From: Candidatus Fimivicinus intestinavium
GTDB lineage: Bacteria > Bacillota > Clostridia > Oscillospirales > Acutalibacteraceae
Assembly (NCBI GenBank): GCA_018715765.1
Contig: DVKY01000113.1
Location: 2,282 to 66,281 of the forward strand
Direction: 5' to 3'
Length of the DNA stretch: 64,000 nucleotides
Position 1 is the stretch's first letter; each line of letters starts with the position of its first letter. Of this stretch, positions 54,832 through 63,532 are shown piece after piece. The notes beneath the pieces are model-generated. The model ran no database searches. It saw only the letters and a list, made by a program, of their open reading frames with translations, and was not told where the DNA came from. A program made the position numbers and the translations under genes.

Positions 54832-55650
54832 CTAAACAGCATAGCGCTCAATCGCCTGCGCCACACCATCCTCCTCGTTGGAAGCGGTTTCATACCGTGC
54901 AGCCTGTTTTGCCAGCGGGTGAGCGTTGCCCATCGCAAAGGACCAGCCAGCCCAGCGCAGCATGTCCAAATCATTGGTCGCGTCACCGAAGGCCATCACG
55001 TTTTCCGGCGCAACGTGCAGCTGCTCGCATAGCCGCCGAAGCCCGGCGGCCTTGTTCACGCCGCTGTAATTGATCTCCATATTGCCGATGATCGCAGAGG
55101 AGATATCAAACAGGCCGGTTTCCTGCAACGCATGAAGCAGCGGTTCGTGATTCTGCTTCGGCACGGAAAAGGCGTTGACCTTTTCCACAGAATGCCCCTC
55201 CAGCACATCCTCCAATCGATCCACGACCGTCAGGCTTTCCCTCAGGCGTTCCATAAACAGTTCCGGCAAGCCCTTGGCGGAAAACTGGCCAGCCATACGG
55301 CGTTCCAGATAGGATCTTCCATCGCAGTAGGTTTCAAAAACAGCGTCGTAGCGGCGCAGCAGAGCAAGCATGGTGCGCCACGCCTCCTCCGGGAAGTCAA
55401 AGGAAAACATGCGCTCCTCCCGCTCCAGATTCATTCCTGCCGCCCCGTTGGAGATCAGGGCGTATTGCGCCTGAGGCACCTGACTGGAAACAAAGCGCAG
55501 CAGCGACCACGTGCGGCCGCTGGCCAGTACGAGCAGAATTCCCTTTGCAGCGGCAAGCCGGAGCGCTTCCCGGTTCCGCTCGGAAACAGTGATGTGATCT
55601 TCCCGCAGGAGCGTCCCGTCCAGATCCATTGCGATGAGCTGAATTGCCAT
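54832..55650 (-). CDS. Cof-type HAD-IIB phosphatase (catalytic motifs intact)
   Basis: Motif I MDLDGTLL, then SGR, then motif IV FGDATNDLDML. Confidence 0.85.
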   Translation of the reverse strand: MAIQLIAMDLDGTLLREDHITVSERNREALRLAAAKGILLVLASGRTWSLLRFVSSQVPQAQYALISNGAAGMNLEREERMFSFDFPEEAWRTMLALLRRYDAVFETYCDGRSYLERRMAGQFSAKGLPELFMERLRESLTVVDRLEDVLEGHSVEKVNAFSVPKQNHEPLLHALQETGLFDISSAIIGNMEINYSGVNKAAGLRRLCEQLHVAPENVMAFGDATNDLDMLRWAGWSFAMGNAHPLAKQAARYETASNEEDGVAQAIERYAV

Positions 55651-55722
55651 GGTTCAATCCCCTTTTTATGTAAAAATAAAATGCGGCGCCTGCCGGAAAG
55701 GCGGGGCCGCTGAGTGAGCCGT

Positions 55723-56907
55723 TTATGTGGTGAAGCGCGTTACAACGCGCTGCAAACGGAAATTGGCGGCAGGCGTTTTCTGATTAAAGCGATAAATGCT
55801 CATCATCAGCCCGATACCGATGTATACACACAAATTGGAGGAGCCGCCCGCACTGAAAAAAGGCAGCGTAATGCCAATGACAGGCAGCCACTGCAAAACC
55901 ATACCGATATTGATGACTGTTTGGGCAGCCAACATGGAAGCCATTCCCATGCACATCAGATAGCTTGCGTTATCGTTTGCGCGCTTACCGTTGATGACAA
56001 TACGCAGGATAATTGCGGCGAGCAGCAGCAGCACCGCCATCGCGCCGATAAAGCCGAACTCCTCCGCCGCGACGGTGAAGATAAAGTCATTCTCGCTCTC
56101 CGGCACAGCGCCGCTCTGCGTATAGCTGCCCTCAAACAGCCCCTGCCCAAACAACTGCCCGGAGCCAATCGCACCGATACCCCGATTTTGCTGGAACGCT
56201 TCGCTTTTTGCATAAAGCTCCGGGTATAGAATGGCGAGGAAGCGGTTTTTCTGATCCTGATTGAGAATAAATTTATCCCCCAACGCCCAAATGGCTGGGA
56301 ACGCAACCGCCACTGCGGCAAAACCTGCCGCAAAATAGCCCCAATGCACGCCCGCAGCGAACATCATGCCGAGGAACATCAGAAAGAAGATGAGCGCCGA
56401 GCCGTCGTCTCCGGTGGCGACGACAAGCCCGATTGGAATCAGGCCATGGACGCCCAGAAGCAAAACGGTTTTAAATTTGCTGACATGATCCCTCACTGCG
56501 TCAAGGTGGACGGCAAAGGTGATGATAAATCCGATCTTTACAAGCTCTGAGGGCTGAAAGTAAAAAACCTTTAGATCCAGCCAGGAGCGGGCATCCTGTC
56601 TGGCATTTGGCGCAACACCCCAGACGAAAAGCGCGCACATGATGAGGATGCAAAACAGCGCGATCAGCGGCCACAGCCGGATGATTACCTCATAATCCAA
56701 AAAGGAAATCACCAGGCAGAGCAGCAGGCCCATGCCGACCGCCATCAGCATCGTGCGGAGATCCGGCGGGATTGCCGTCGTAGATCCGCTCTTTGTCGCA
56801 CTGTAAACGAGCAGCATCCCAAATGCGGATGCGCAAAGGCAGAGGAAAAACAGCAGTTTATCCGTCTCCCTGAAATAAAGCTTGAACCAGCTGCGGAATT
56901 TCTGCAT
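55723..56907 (-). CDS. FtsW/RodA/SpoVE-family (SEDS) peptidoglycan polymerase
   Basis: Polytopic protein with SEDS motifs (FQPSELVKI; GDDGSALIF; TDFIF-like NDFIFTV; LPFFSAGGSS). SD GGAGG precedes the ATG at 56907; earlier in-frame ATGs reach 56949. Confidence 0.85.
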   Translation of the reverse strand: MQKFRSWFKLYFRETDKLLFFLCLCASAFGMLLVYSATKSGSTTAIPPDLRTMLMAVGMGLLLCLVISFLDYEVIIRLWPLIALFCILIMCALFVWGVAPNARQDARSWLDLKVFYFQPSELVKIGFIITFAVHLDAVRDHVSKFKTVLLLGVHGLIPIGLVVATGDDGSALIFFLMFLGMMFAAGVHWGYFAAGFAAVAVAFPAIWALGDKFILNQDQKNRFLAILYPELYAKSEAFQQNRGIGAIGSGQLFGQGLFEGSYTQSGAVPESENDFIFTVAAEEFGFIGAMAVLLLLAAIILRIVINGKRANDNASYLMCMGMASMLAAQTVINIGMVLQWLPVIGITLPFFSAGGSSNLCVYIGIGLMMSIYRFNQKTPAANFRLQRVVTRFTT

Positions 56908-56957
56908 TGCATCGCCTCCGAAAAGCATTGTTTCTGCATGGTCCGCCATTTGGCGAT

Positions 56958-57239
56958 TCAGCCAAACAGGGCGTCAAATAAAGCGTCCTGTTCCCGCAGA
57001 TGCACCACATAGCCGACCGGGATCTGATTGCCTGTGGCTGCGATCACCGATTTGGCGCCGGCTTCTCCGAACGCGCCGCAGAGCTCAATGCAATCCACTT
57101 CGTTTGCGGCCAGCTCTTTTGCCACCGCACAGGCCTCTTCAAGGCTGGATACACCGATGATCTGCGCCGCTTCGTTCTCAAAGCAGGCACGATCCTGTAG
57201 CGAGGTAAAATCCCCCATAATAAGGTAGGCGAATTTCAT
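56958..57239 (-). CDS. Small conserved hypothetical protein (DUF6506-like, from memory)
   Basis: MKFAYLIMGDF...VDCIELCGAFGEAGAKSVIAATGNQIPVGYVVH. 93 aa. Stops 9 nt before the SEDS ORF. Confidence 0.5.
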   Translation of the reverse strand: MKFAYLIMGDFTSLQDRACFENEAAQIIGVSSLEEACAVAKELAANEVDCIELCGAFGEAGAKSVIAATGNQIPVGYVVHLREQDALFDALFG

Positions 57240-57283
57240 GCTTCGCTTCTTCCCTCCTGATAAACAATTCGCATGGGGGAGAT

Positions 57284-57727
57284 TTACAGCTCGCCGTTTT
57301 CAATAGCCGTAATCTGATCGACACGCCGCTGATGGCGCCCGCCTTCAAACGGAGTATCAAGGAATACGTCAACGAGTTCCAACGCAAGGCCGGGGCCGAT
57401 GACACGCTCGCCGAGGCACAGCATATTCGCATCATTGTGCAGACGGGTATATTTCGCGCCAAAATAGTTGGAACAGCAGGCTGCCCGAATCCCCTTGACC
57501 TTATTGGCTGCAATTGAAATGCCGATGCCCGTGCCGCAGCAGAGAATGCCCTTTTCACAGCTTCCATCTGCCACCGCGCGCGCCGTTTCTGCGGCGATAG
57601 GCGCATAATCCACAGATTCGGTGGAATCCGTGCCAAAGTCGCGGTACGCAATCCCGCGCTCCTCCAAATGCTTTTTAATTGCCTCCTTCAAGTGATAACC
57701 GCCGTGGTCGGCGCCAAGTGCGATCAT
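57284..57727 (-). CDS. rpiB: Ribose-5-phosphate isomerase B
   Basis: MIALGADHGGYHLKE...GILCCGTGIGISIAANK. 147 aa. Confidence 0.9.
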   Translation of the reverse strand: MIALGADHGGYHLKEAIKKHLEERGIAYRDFGTDSTESVDYAPIAAETARAVADGSCEKGILCCGTGIGISIAANKVKGIRAACCSNYFGAKYTRLHNDANMLCLGERVIGPGLALELVDVFLDTPFEGGRHQRRVDQITAIENGEL

Positions 57728-57730
57728 GAT

Positions 57731-58450
57731 TCATTCCTCCATCTTATTCATTGTGTTGTTTTTTTTTTGCAGCTCCCGCTCCGCCTGCGGCATGCGCAGG
57801 TAAGTGGGCGCCAACTGATCTGAGGGAATCCCACCGCCGCTGAGCAGCTTCTCCTGCGCCAGCAGCGCAGCGCAGCCAGCACGCTGATACCGCTCATGCA
57901 CGGCCGCCAGCCTGCTGCCGGGGATCTGCCCGCCGATCGCCTCAAAGCAGAGCGCCCCTCCATCCCCCGCGAAAACGACCGGCTCCGCCCTCCCGGCCAG
58001 AAGAGCCGGAAGCTCGCTGATTTTCAGTGCTGCATCCTCCGTCAGGCGGGAGAGCTTCCCTCCATGGCAGGCGAACAACGCCGTATAAACCTGCGCGCAG
58101 CGCGCATCCATTGCGGCGCAAACCGTACAATCCTGCCCAACCATCCCGTAAGCGATGACCTCCAGCGTGGAAAGCGGGACACAAGGCTTATCAAATGGGA
58201 AAGCCAGGCCCTTGAGCGCCGCCACGCCAATGCGCACGCCCGTAAACGAGCCTGGGCCGCAGGTCACAGCGAATGCATCCATTTCCCTAAGCTCCAGCCC
58301 GGCGCTGTGCAGCAGGTTTTGCACCAGGGGGAGCAGCGTCTGGCTGTGCGTCAGCCCCACGTTCAGGAAAGCCTCACCCAGCAGCCGGCCGTCCTCCGCG
58401 ACCGCCGCGCTCGCAGCGCAGGCCGAGGATTCCAACGCTAAAATTTTCAT
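57731..58450 (-). CDS. tsaB: tRNA t6A37 biosynthesis protein TsaB
   Basis: MKILALESS...GPGSFTGVRIGVA motif. Follows tsaE with a 4-nt overlap. Confidence 0.85.
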   Translation of the reverse strand: MKILALESSACAASAAVAEDGRLLGEAFLNVGLTHSQTLLPLVQNLLHSAGLELREMDAFAVTCGPGSFTGVRIGVAALKGLAFPFDKPCVPLSTLEVIAYGMVGQDCTVCAAMDARCAQVYTALFACHGGKLSRLTEDAALKISELPALLAGRAEPVVFAGDGGALCFEAIGGQIPGSRLAAVHERYQRAGCAALLAQEKLLSGGGIPSDQLAPTYLRMPQAERELQKKNNTMNKMEE

Positions 58451-58878
58451 GTGGGCGCACCGCCTTTCTCAATTGTGATGACACGCTCGTTATCCGCTCC
58501 GCCCCGTTGGAAGGATATCCGAATCGTCTCCTGCGGCAGCGCGCCCTCAATATTTTCGCTCCATTCAACGGCTAAAATTCCTCCTGCGTCCAAATAATCA
58601 AAAAATCCGGTAGAATACAGCCCGTCCCATGAGTTGACACGGTACATATCAAAATGATACAACGGCGGGACGCCGCCATATTCATGCACCAGGGCAAAGG
58701 TAGGGCTGGTAACCTCCGCATCAATCCCGAGCCCGCGCGCAAGCCCGCGGACAAAGGCGGTTTTACCCATGCCCATTCCGCCTGTGAATGCAATAACGCA
58801 GCCGCCATGCAGCGTTTTTGCAAGCGCTTCGCCCACCGCTTCAGTTTCCTCCACAGAGTGGGTGCGAATGGTTTGCAT
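58447..58878 (-). CDS. tsaE: tRNA t6A37 biosynthesis ATPase TsaE
   Basis: Walker A-like GGMGMGKT, then FALVHEY, HFDMYR, EW. Confidence 0.85.
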   Translation of the reverse strand: MQTIRTHSVEETEAVGEALAKTLHGGCVIAFTGGMGMGKTAFVRGLARGLGIDAEVTSPTFALVHEYGGVPPLYHFDMYRVNSWDGLYSTGFFDYLDAGGILAVEWSENIEGALPQETIRISFQRGGADNERVITIEKGGAPT

Positions 58879-58916
58879 TGTTCTACCGCCCCTTTCATTT
58901 GAAAGTTCAGAGGTTA

Positions 58917-58944
58917 TTATACCATTTCTTTTATAGTTTTCAAA
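58917..58944 (-). promoter_or_regulatory. Sigma-A promoter for tsaE-tsaB-rpiB
   Basis: On the minus strand: TTGAAA (58944-58939), 16-bp spacer, TGgTATAAT (the -10 is 58922-58917), ending 38 nt before the tsaE ATG. Confidence 0.7.
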
Positions 58945-59052
58945 CCCTGAAAAAGCAGACGCCAGGTTTCAGATGACAGATATCAGACTTCAGACGTGGG
59001 CTTGCGGCTTGCCGGAAGCCTTTTCGGCGGTTTGTGGTTTCATCGAGCGGAA

Positions 59053-59107
59053 CGGTCAAGACCGCTCCCTACCCATCGCTCTTGTAGGATCGGGTCTTGA
59101 CCCGACC
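59053..59107. repeat. GC-rich inverted repeat carrying the motif GTCTTGACCCGACC, which recurs at 59436-59449
   Basis: cggtcaagacc (59053-59063) faces ggtcttgacc (59093-59102). The 14-mer gtcttgacccgacc (59094-59107) recurs exactly at 59436-59449. Confidence 0.6.
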
Positions 59108-59536
59108 GCACCCAAGGGGGCCTTCAGTCTGGCGGTAGGGGCAGGGTCTATCAGTAGGCCGACGGCGGCAGGCTCCGCAAACTCCCGGCGGGCCCGTGAG
59201 GGGACTTGCCTGCTTGCAGGCAAGCGAGCGCACAAATTGTTTGAGACCGCGTGAGCGGTCGAGTTTTTGTGCGCCTCGCCGAACACATCGAAGGGATTCA
59301 AAAGCATACCAGTGCCGCCGCTGGCCGTTCACAACGGCCCCTTTTGCCTCCTTTTCCGGCCGAACGGAAAAGGAGGGGCCCCGCGGCCCGAGCGGGAAAA
59401 CAGAAGCATATTAATTGATGGGAATCCCCGGAACAGTCTTGACCCGACCGGGCGGAAATGCGCCCCGCCACCGCCTCAGAGGCAGCGCTTCACTGCTTCC
59501 ACATCTGACGGCCGAAGTTTGGCACCTTACGTCCGG

Positions 59537-62500
59537 CTACCCCAAATGCTTCGGGTTAATGGTGTGCCCGCTGCGCAGGTATTTTTTGTTCGCCTTGGCG
59601 AACACCTGCTCCGCGATGCGGTTCCCCGCCTTTTCGAGCGCCTTGGCGGTCTCCAGATCCACATTGCCCTCCACGATCACCTTGGAGTCGATCTGTACGC
59701 TGGGCGCGCTTTCTGCGCGAAGGCCTGCGCCAAAGGCGGAGGAGAGCCGCGCCATGCCTTGCGAGAGGAAGGCGGCCGGGTCTTGCGCCAGCGCCATCAA
59801 CCGCTCGGTGAGCGTGCTGTTGAGCACGCCGTCGCCGCGCGAGAGGTGGGTCAGCCGCCCCTGCACGGGGTTGCGGATGATGAGCTCCGGCCCAGCCTCG
59901 TCCACCAGGGCGAGCTGGTCGTAGGGGATGTAGCTGGAGCCGCTGCGGTAGCCCTTCACGTCGCTGAGCTTCACCCAGGCGATGGTGTTGCCGATCTTGG
60001 CGGTGGTGCCCAGCGCCACCATGCCGTTGGCCATGTTGGTGACGTAGAGCTTCTGGTTCCATCCCACGCCCGCAGCCTTGGCGCGGTTGGCCCAGGCCCA
60101 GGCGTTGCCGCCCGTGGAGGAGGAGTAGGACATGGCCTTGCTGTTGACCACGCTTGCGCGCCCGCCCTTGACGGGAGCCTTGGCGGCGCTGGCTGTGCTG
60201 CCGGAGGAGGAGGCTGCCGGCTGCTTCGCCGGTGTGGAGGCGCTGGGCGCCTTGGCAGGCGGAGTGATCTGCTCCGGGTGCTCGGCGATGGCCAGCGCGT
60301 TTGCCTGCGAGCCGTATTCCTCCAGCGCGGCGGTGGCGGCCTTCCATGCGTCGGTCACGGTTTTGTTGATGCCGTCGCCGTATTGGTAGTTCCAATCCAG
60401 CAGCGATTGATAAACCTGGCTGCTGCGGCTCATGATATCCGCCATGGCTTGGTCGCGCACCGCGCCCTCATTGTTGAGGAATTCGTCGATCTTTGCGAGC
60501 TTCTGGCTGTTCTGCTCCTCGAGCAGGGCGTATTCCTCCTCCAGCTTTTCCTTCTGGCGCTGGATGGATTGCTCGTTTTCGTATTCCTCAAGCGCATCCC
60601 GCTTTTCGGCGAGCTCGGCGCGCAGTTGATCCTGCTCGCGCTGGGAGGCGGCGCTTGTGTCGGCGGAGAGCTCGCTCAGCCGCGTTTCAATCTCCGCGAT
60701 CTCCCGGCGCTTTTCGGCCGAGGTTTTGGCGTAGTCGTCGGCCTCCTTTTGCTTGTCGAGGGCGTCGGCCTGCGCGTCATAGAGCTTTTTGTAGCCCTCC
60801 AGCTCCTCCTCGAGGGCCTCCTTCTGGAGCTCCTGCTCCTGCCGGATGGCCTTCATGCGCATGCCGGCGATCTCTTCAATCGCGTCGGCGGCCTCCTGCG
60901 CCCGGTCGGCCTCGGCCTGCTGGTAGGCCTTTGTCTCCTGATAGATCTGCTGCTCAAGCCGGCGCAGATCCTCCTTCTGCTTGGCAAGGTTCTGGTAGGC
61001 ATAGGTCAGGTCGGCGATCTTTTGGGCCTGATCGTCGTCGTATTTGCCCATGGCCTCCTTGTAGGAGATTTCGTCGAGATAATCCTCCAGCTTCTGCTTG
61101 CTGTAGGCCTGCTCGGCGGCGTAGATCTTTTCCTCCAGGCTGCGGCGGTCCTTTTCATCCTTGGCGTATTTGTTATAAACGCTTCTTAAATCCTGAATTT
61201 TTTGCAGCTGGTTCTCATCGTATTGGCCCATGGCTTCCTTGTGGGAAATTTCCTCCAGGGCGTTGGAGAGCTGCTGCTGCTCGTAGGCTTCGCGGGCGGC
61301 GTAGATTTTTTCCTCCAGCTGCCAGCGCTCGGATTCCTTCTTAGTCAGCCTGGCCTTGGCGCTTTCCAGCGCGTTGATGTAGCCAAGCTCATTCTGTTCA
61401 TAGGCGCCGATGGCTTTCAGGTGCTCGATGCGCTTGAGCTCGTTGTCGAGCGCGGTGTTTTGGTAGGGTGCGCTGGCGGAGCTGCTCGCTGCGCGTTTGG
61501 CGGTGCTCTGCTGGTTTTTGCGCAGCAGGTCAAGGTTTTTCTGCGCGGTTTCAATGGTGTCCGCCAGCTCGGCCTTTTGGGCGTAGCTGGCGGCCAGATC
61601 CTCGTCGAGGAAGCTGGCGAGGTATTGCTGGTAGTCTGCATAGCCCTCGCTGTTGCTCCCGCGCCGGAATGCCTCTTCCGTCATGACGGAGGCATCCGTC
61701 TGAGCGGCCACGGTGGCATAGTCGAGCTCGCCCATGATGCCGAGCTCCTGCTGCATGAGGGTGATGCGCTTTTGCGCCTCCTGCAATGCCGTTTCGCTCA
61801 TGGCGATCTGCGATTGGATATAGCCTGCGCTGAATTGATCGGTCGCCCCGGCGAGCAGGCTCATTGCGCCCTCCTCCACCCGGAAGCCGTCCGCCGTGGC
61901 GGTGATGTATTTCTGGAGCTCCGGGTATTTGGCGCACAGGTTGCTGACTTCGCTGGCGCTCAGCGCGCGCTTGGCGTTCACCGCGCCCTCGATATCGGCA
62001 ATTTTCTGGTTGACCTCGGCGAGGGAGGCGGTGGCGTTGCGCAGGGTTTCGGCGGCCGCCCTGGCTTGCTCGCCGCTTTGCGCCATTTGGGTCAGCTGTG
62101 CAACGGTGGCCTGAGCGGAGCCGGATACGGCGTTTAGCTGGTTGGCAAGGTCGCTGCCCGCAATTTGGGCGAGGTTCTCTGCCGTGAGCTTGCCGCTGGC
62201 CGCCAGGTTGAGCAGCTCATCCTGCACGCTGCGGTCGCCGATCGTGCTGGTGAAGAGCTCGGCGCGCGCTTCAGCGTCGCTCAGCGCATAGGCAATCTGG
62301 TTCACCTTTTCCTGCGCTTCGTCGCCGATAGCGCCGTCGGAGCTTTCCGCGATTTTTTGATATTCCTCGGCGATGCCAAGCAGGTTTTCGCGCACGGTCT
62401 GGAATTGCTCGGATTGACGGTCCATATCGCTGTTGGCGAGGAGGTCGCTCCAGTAGGAGGCGTATTCCTCGGCGGACATGCTCATGTCATCCGCCATGTC

Positions 62501-63364
62501 TATCTGCTGCTGGGCCATGTCCGAGTCGAACAGCATCATATTGGAGGCAGATTGCATGGTTTGGCCCTGCGCCATGCTCGCCACGATCTTTTCCCACCAG
62601 GAGAGCTTGCCGCCGTCCTTGGAATAGGAGGAGTCGAGCCCTTCGGACGCCATGTCCTCCATCAGCTTTTCGCCGCTTTCGGCCTGCTCCGCTTTGAGGG
62701 CTTCGCCCTTCTCCTTGAGCAGGGCGACCTGTGCGGCGAGCGCTTCCTGTTGGCGCTCGAGCTCCTGGGTTTCTTCCTCCTCGGCGAGGGACTTGTGCTC
62801 GATGCTGTTGAGCGCGTTGAGGCGTGCCTCAATGTCCGCCAGGCTGGCGCTGGCGTTGTTGAGCTCCGTCTCGTTCTCCGCGTAGGCGGCGTTGGCGTTA
62901 TCCACCGCCTCCACGGCGCGCTCGTGTGCGTGGGCGAGGTAGTCCAGGCCCATCACAAGGCCGTTCACCGCGAGGGTGACGCCCATGCTGATTGCGCCGC
63001 TGAGCGCAGCGGAGGCAACCGATTGCGCAATCATCGCACCGGTGGAGACTTTTGTCGCCATGCTGGCGGCGGTTTGTGCGTTGGCGAATTTGTCAACGTC
63101 CACAGGCAGGCCGTTGCTTTGGCGTGCGGCTTCCTGAGCCGCTTTGGAGACATTGGCGAGGTTGTCGGCATAGGCCTCAGCGGGCGTGAGACCAGCTGAT
63201 AGTTCTTCATTGTATTTTTCAAGAGCTAGTCGATCATCCTCAAGGTTGTTGCTGAGCGCCGGCGCAGAGATCACCTGCCCGGGCGCTGAACTGGAATCAA
63301 GGCCTTTTGCCTTGAGAAAGCCGCTGCCTGCGGCTGTGAGTGTCTGTTTGGCGATGTCGGTCAC
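59537..63364 (-). CDS. Phage tail tape-measure-like protein, 1275 aa, apparently orphan (possibly 5'-truncated)
   Basis: Hydrophobic Ala/Gly/Ser-rich N-terminal segment (AMIAQSVASAALSGAISMGVTLAVNGLVMGL), about 900 aa of Glu/Gln/Ala/Lys coiled coil, and a C-terminal LVDEAGPELII motif typical of tape-measure ends. The start codon in the track is a GTG with no SD, and the frame stays open upstream to a stop at 63431-63433. Confidence 0.7.
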   Translation of the reverse strand: MTDIAKQTLTAAGSGFLKAKGLDSSSAPGQVISAPALSNNLEDDRLALEKYNEELSAGLTPAEAYADNLANVSKAAQEAARQSNGLPVDVDKFANAQTAASMATKVSTGAMIAQSVASAALSGAISMGVTLAVNGLVMGLDYLAHAHERAVEAVDNANAAYAENETELNNASASLADIEARLNALNSIEHKSLAEEEETQELERQQEALAAQVALLKEKGEALKAEQAESGEKLMEDMASEGLDSSYSKDGGKLSWWEKIVASMAQGQTMQSASNMMLFDSDMAQQQIDMADDMSMSAEEYASYWSDLLANSDMDRQSEQFQTVRENLLGIAEEYQKIAESSDGAIGDEAQEKVNQIAYALSDAEARAELFTSTIGDRSVQDELLNLAASGKLTAENLAQIAGSDLANQLNAVSGSAQATVAQLTQMAQSGEQARAAAETLRNATASLAEVNQKIADIEGAVNAKRALSASEVSNLCAKYPELQKYITATADGFRVEEGAMSLLAGATDQFSAGYIQSQIAMSETALQEAQKRITLMQQELGIMGELDYATVAAQTDASVMTEEAFRRGSNSEGYADYQQYLASFLDEDLAASYAQKAELADTIETAQKNLDLLRKNQQSTAKRAASSSASAPYQNTALDNELKRIEHLKAIGAYEQNELGYINALESAKARLTKKESERWQLEEKIYAAREAYEQQQLSNALEEISHKEAMGQYDENQLQKIQDLRSVYNKYAKDEKDRRSLEEKIYAAEQAYSKQKLEDYLDEISYKEAMGKYDDDQAQKIADLTYAYQNLAKQKEDLRRLEQQIYQETKAYQQAEADRAQEAADAIEEIAGMRMKAIRQEQELQKEALEEELEGYKKLYDAQADALDKQKEADDYAKTSAEKRREIAEIETRLSELSADTSAASQREQDQLRAELAEKRDALEEYENEQSIQRQKEKLEEEYALLEEQNSQKLAKIDEFLNNEGAVRDQAMADIMSRSSQVYQSLLDWNYQYGDGINKTVTDAWKAATAALEEYGSQANALAIAEHPEQITPPAKAPSASTPAKQPAASSSGSTASAAKAPVKGGRASVVNSKAMSYSSSTGGNAWAWANRAKAAGVGWNQKLYVTNMANGMVALGTTAKIGNTIAWVKLSDVKGYRSGSSYIPYDQLALVDEAGPELIIRNPVQGRLTHLSRGDGVLNSTLTERLMALAQDPAAFLSQGMARLSSAFGAGLRAESAPSVQIDSKVIVEGNVDLETAKALEKAGNRIAEQVFAKANKKYLRSGHTINPKHLG
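60900..61450 (-). repeat. In-frame tandem repeat, 180-nt (60-aa) period, about 3 copies, inside the tape-measure-like ORF
   Basis: Anchors tat-ttg-ccc-atgg at 61041, 61221 and (diverged) 61401; ggcggcgtagat at 61115 and 61295; atagatct at 60941. Protein unit is LEEKIYAAxxAYxxQxLxxxLxEISxKEAMGxYDxxQxQKIxDL. Confidence 0.8.
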
Positions 63365-63420
63365 ACCGCCGAGAATGTTTAGCTTCTTTCTGTTACTTTT
63401 GTGACCATGATGGCTTTGCT

Positions 63421-63449
63421 TTGACAGTTGCTATTATAGCTGGTATAAT
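63421..63449 (+). promoter_or_regulatory. Consensus sigma-A promoter for the downstream zinc-ribbon gene
   Basis: TTGACA (63421-63426), 17-bp spacer, TATAAT (63444-63449). Confidence 0.7.
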
Positions 63450-63532
63450 ACTCCTGAATCCAGATATAGATAAGAAACTGAAAACAGGGTGAGAGATAGC
63501 ATCATACCAACAGGTGAAAGGAGTAGTGCAGA

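Noticed and set aside
58945-59536. tRNA, tmRNA or att site at the edge of the tape-measure-like gene
   Set aside because: I could not fold any 70-90-nt segment into a cloverleaf with T-loop (GTTCRANYC) and D-loop signatures. No integrase lies nearby and no matching direct repeat is visible at the other end within the window.
60900-61450. Possible CRISPR-like or satellite array suggested by periodic DNA repeats
   Set aside because: The period is 180 nt, and the repeats are in frame and diverged at synonymous-like positions within a continuous ORF. There is no short repeat / unique spacer alternation and no cas genes, so these are coding tandem repeats.
59267-63199. Series of long plus-strand ORFs (640, 283, 311 and 344 aa) opposite the tape-measure-like gene
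   Set aside because: Their products are Gly/Leu/Ala/Arg/Pro low-complexity mirrors of a GAG/CAG/GCC-rich coiled-coil coding strand. They lack SD sequences, overlap one another in different frames, and the minus-strand frame gives one uninterrupted, motif-bearing protein.
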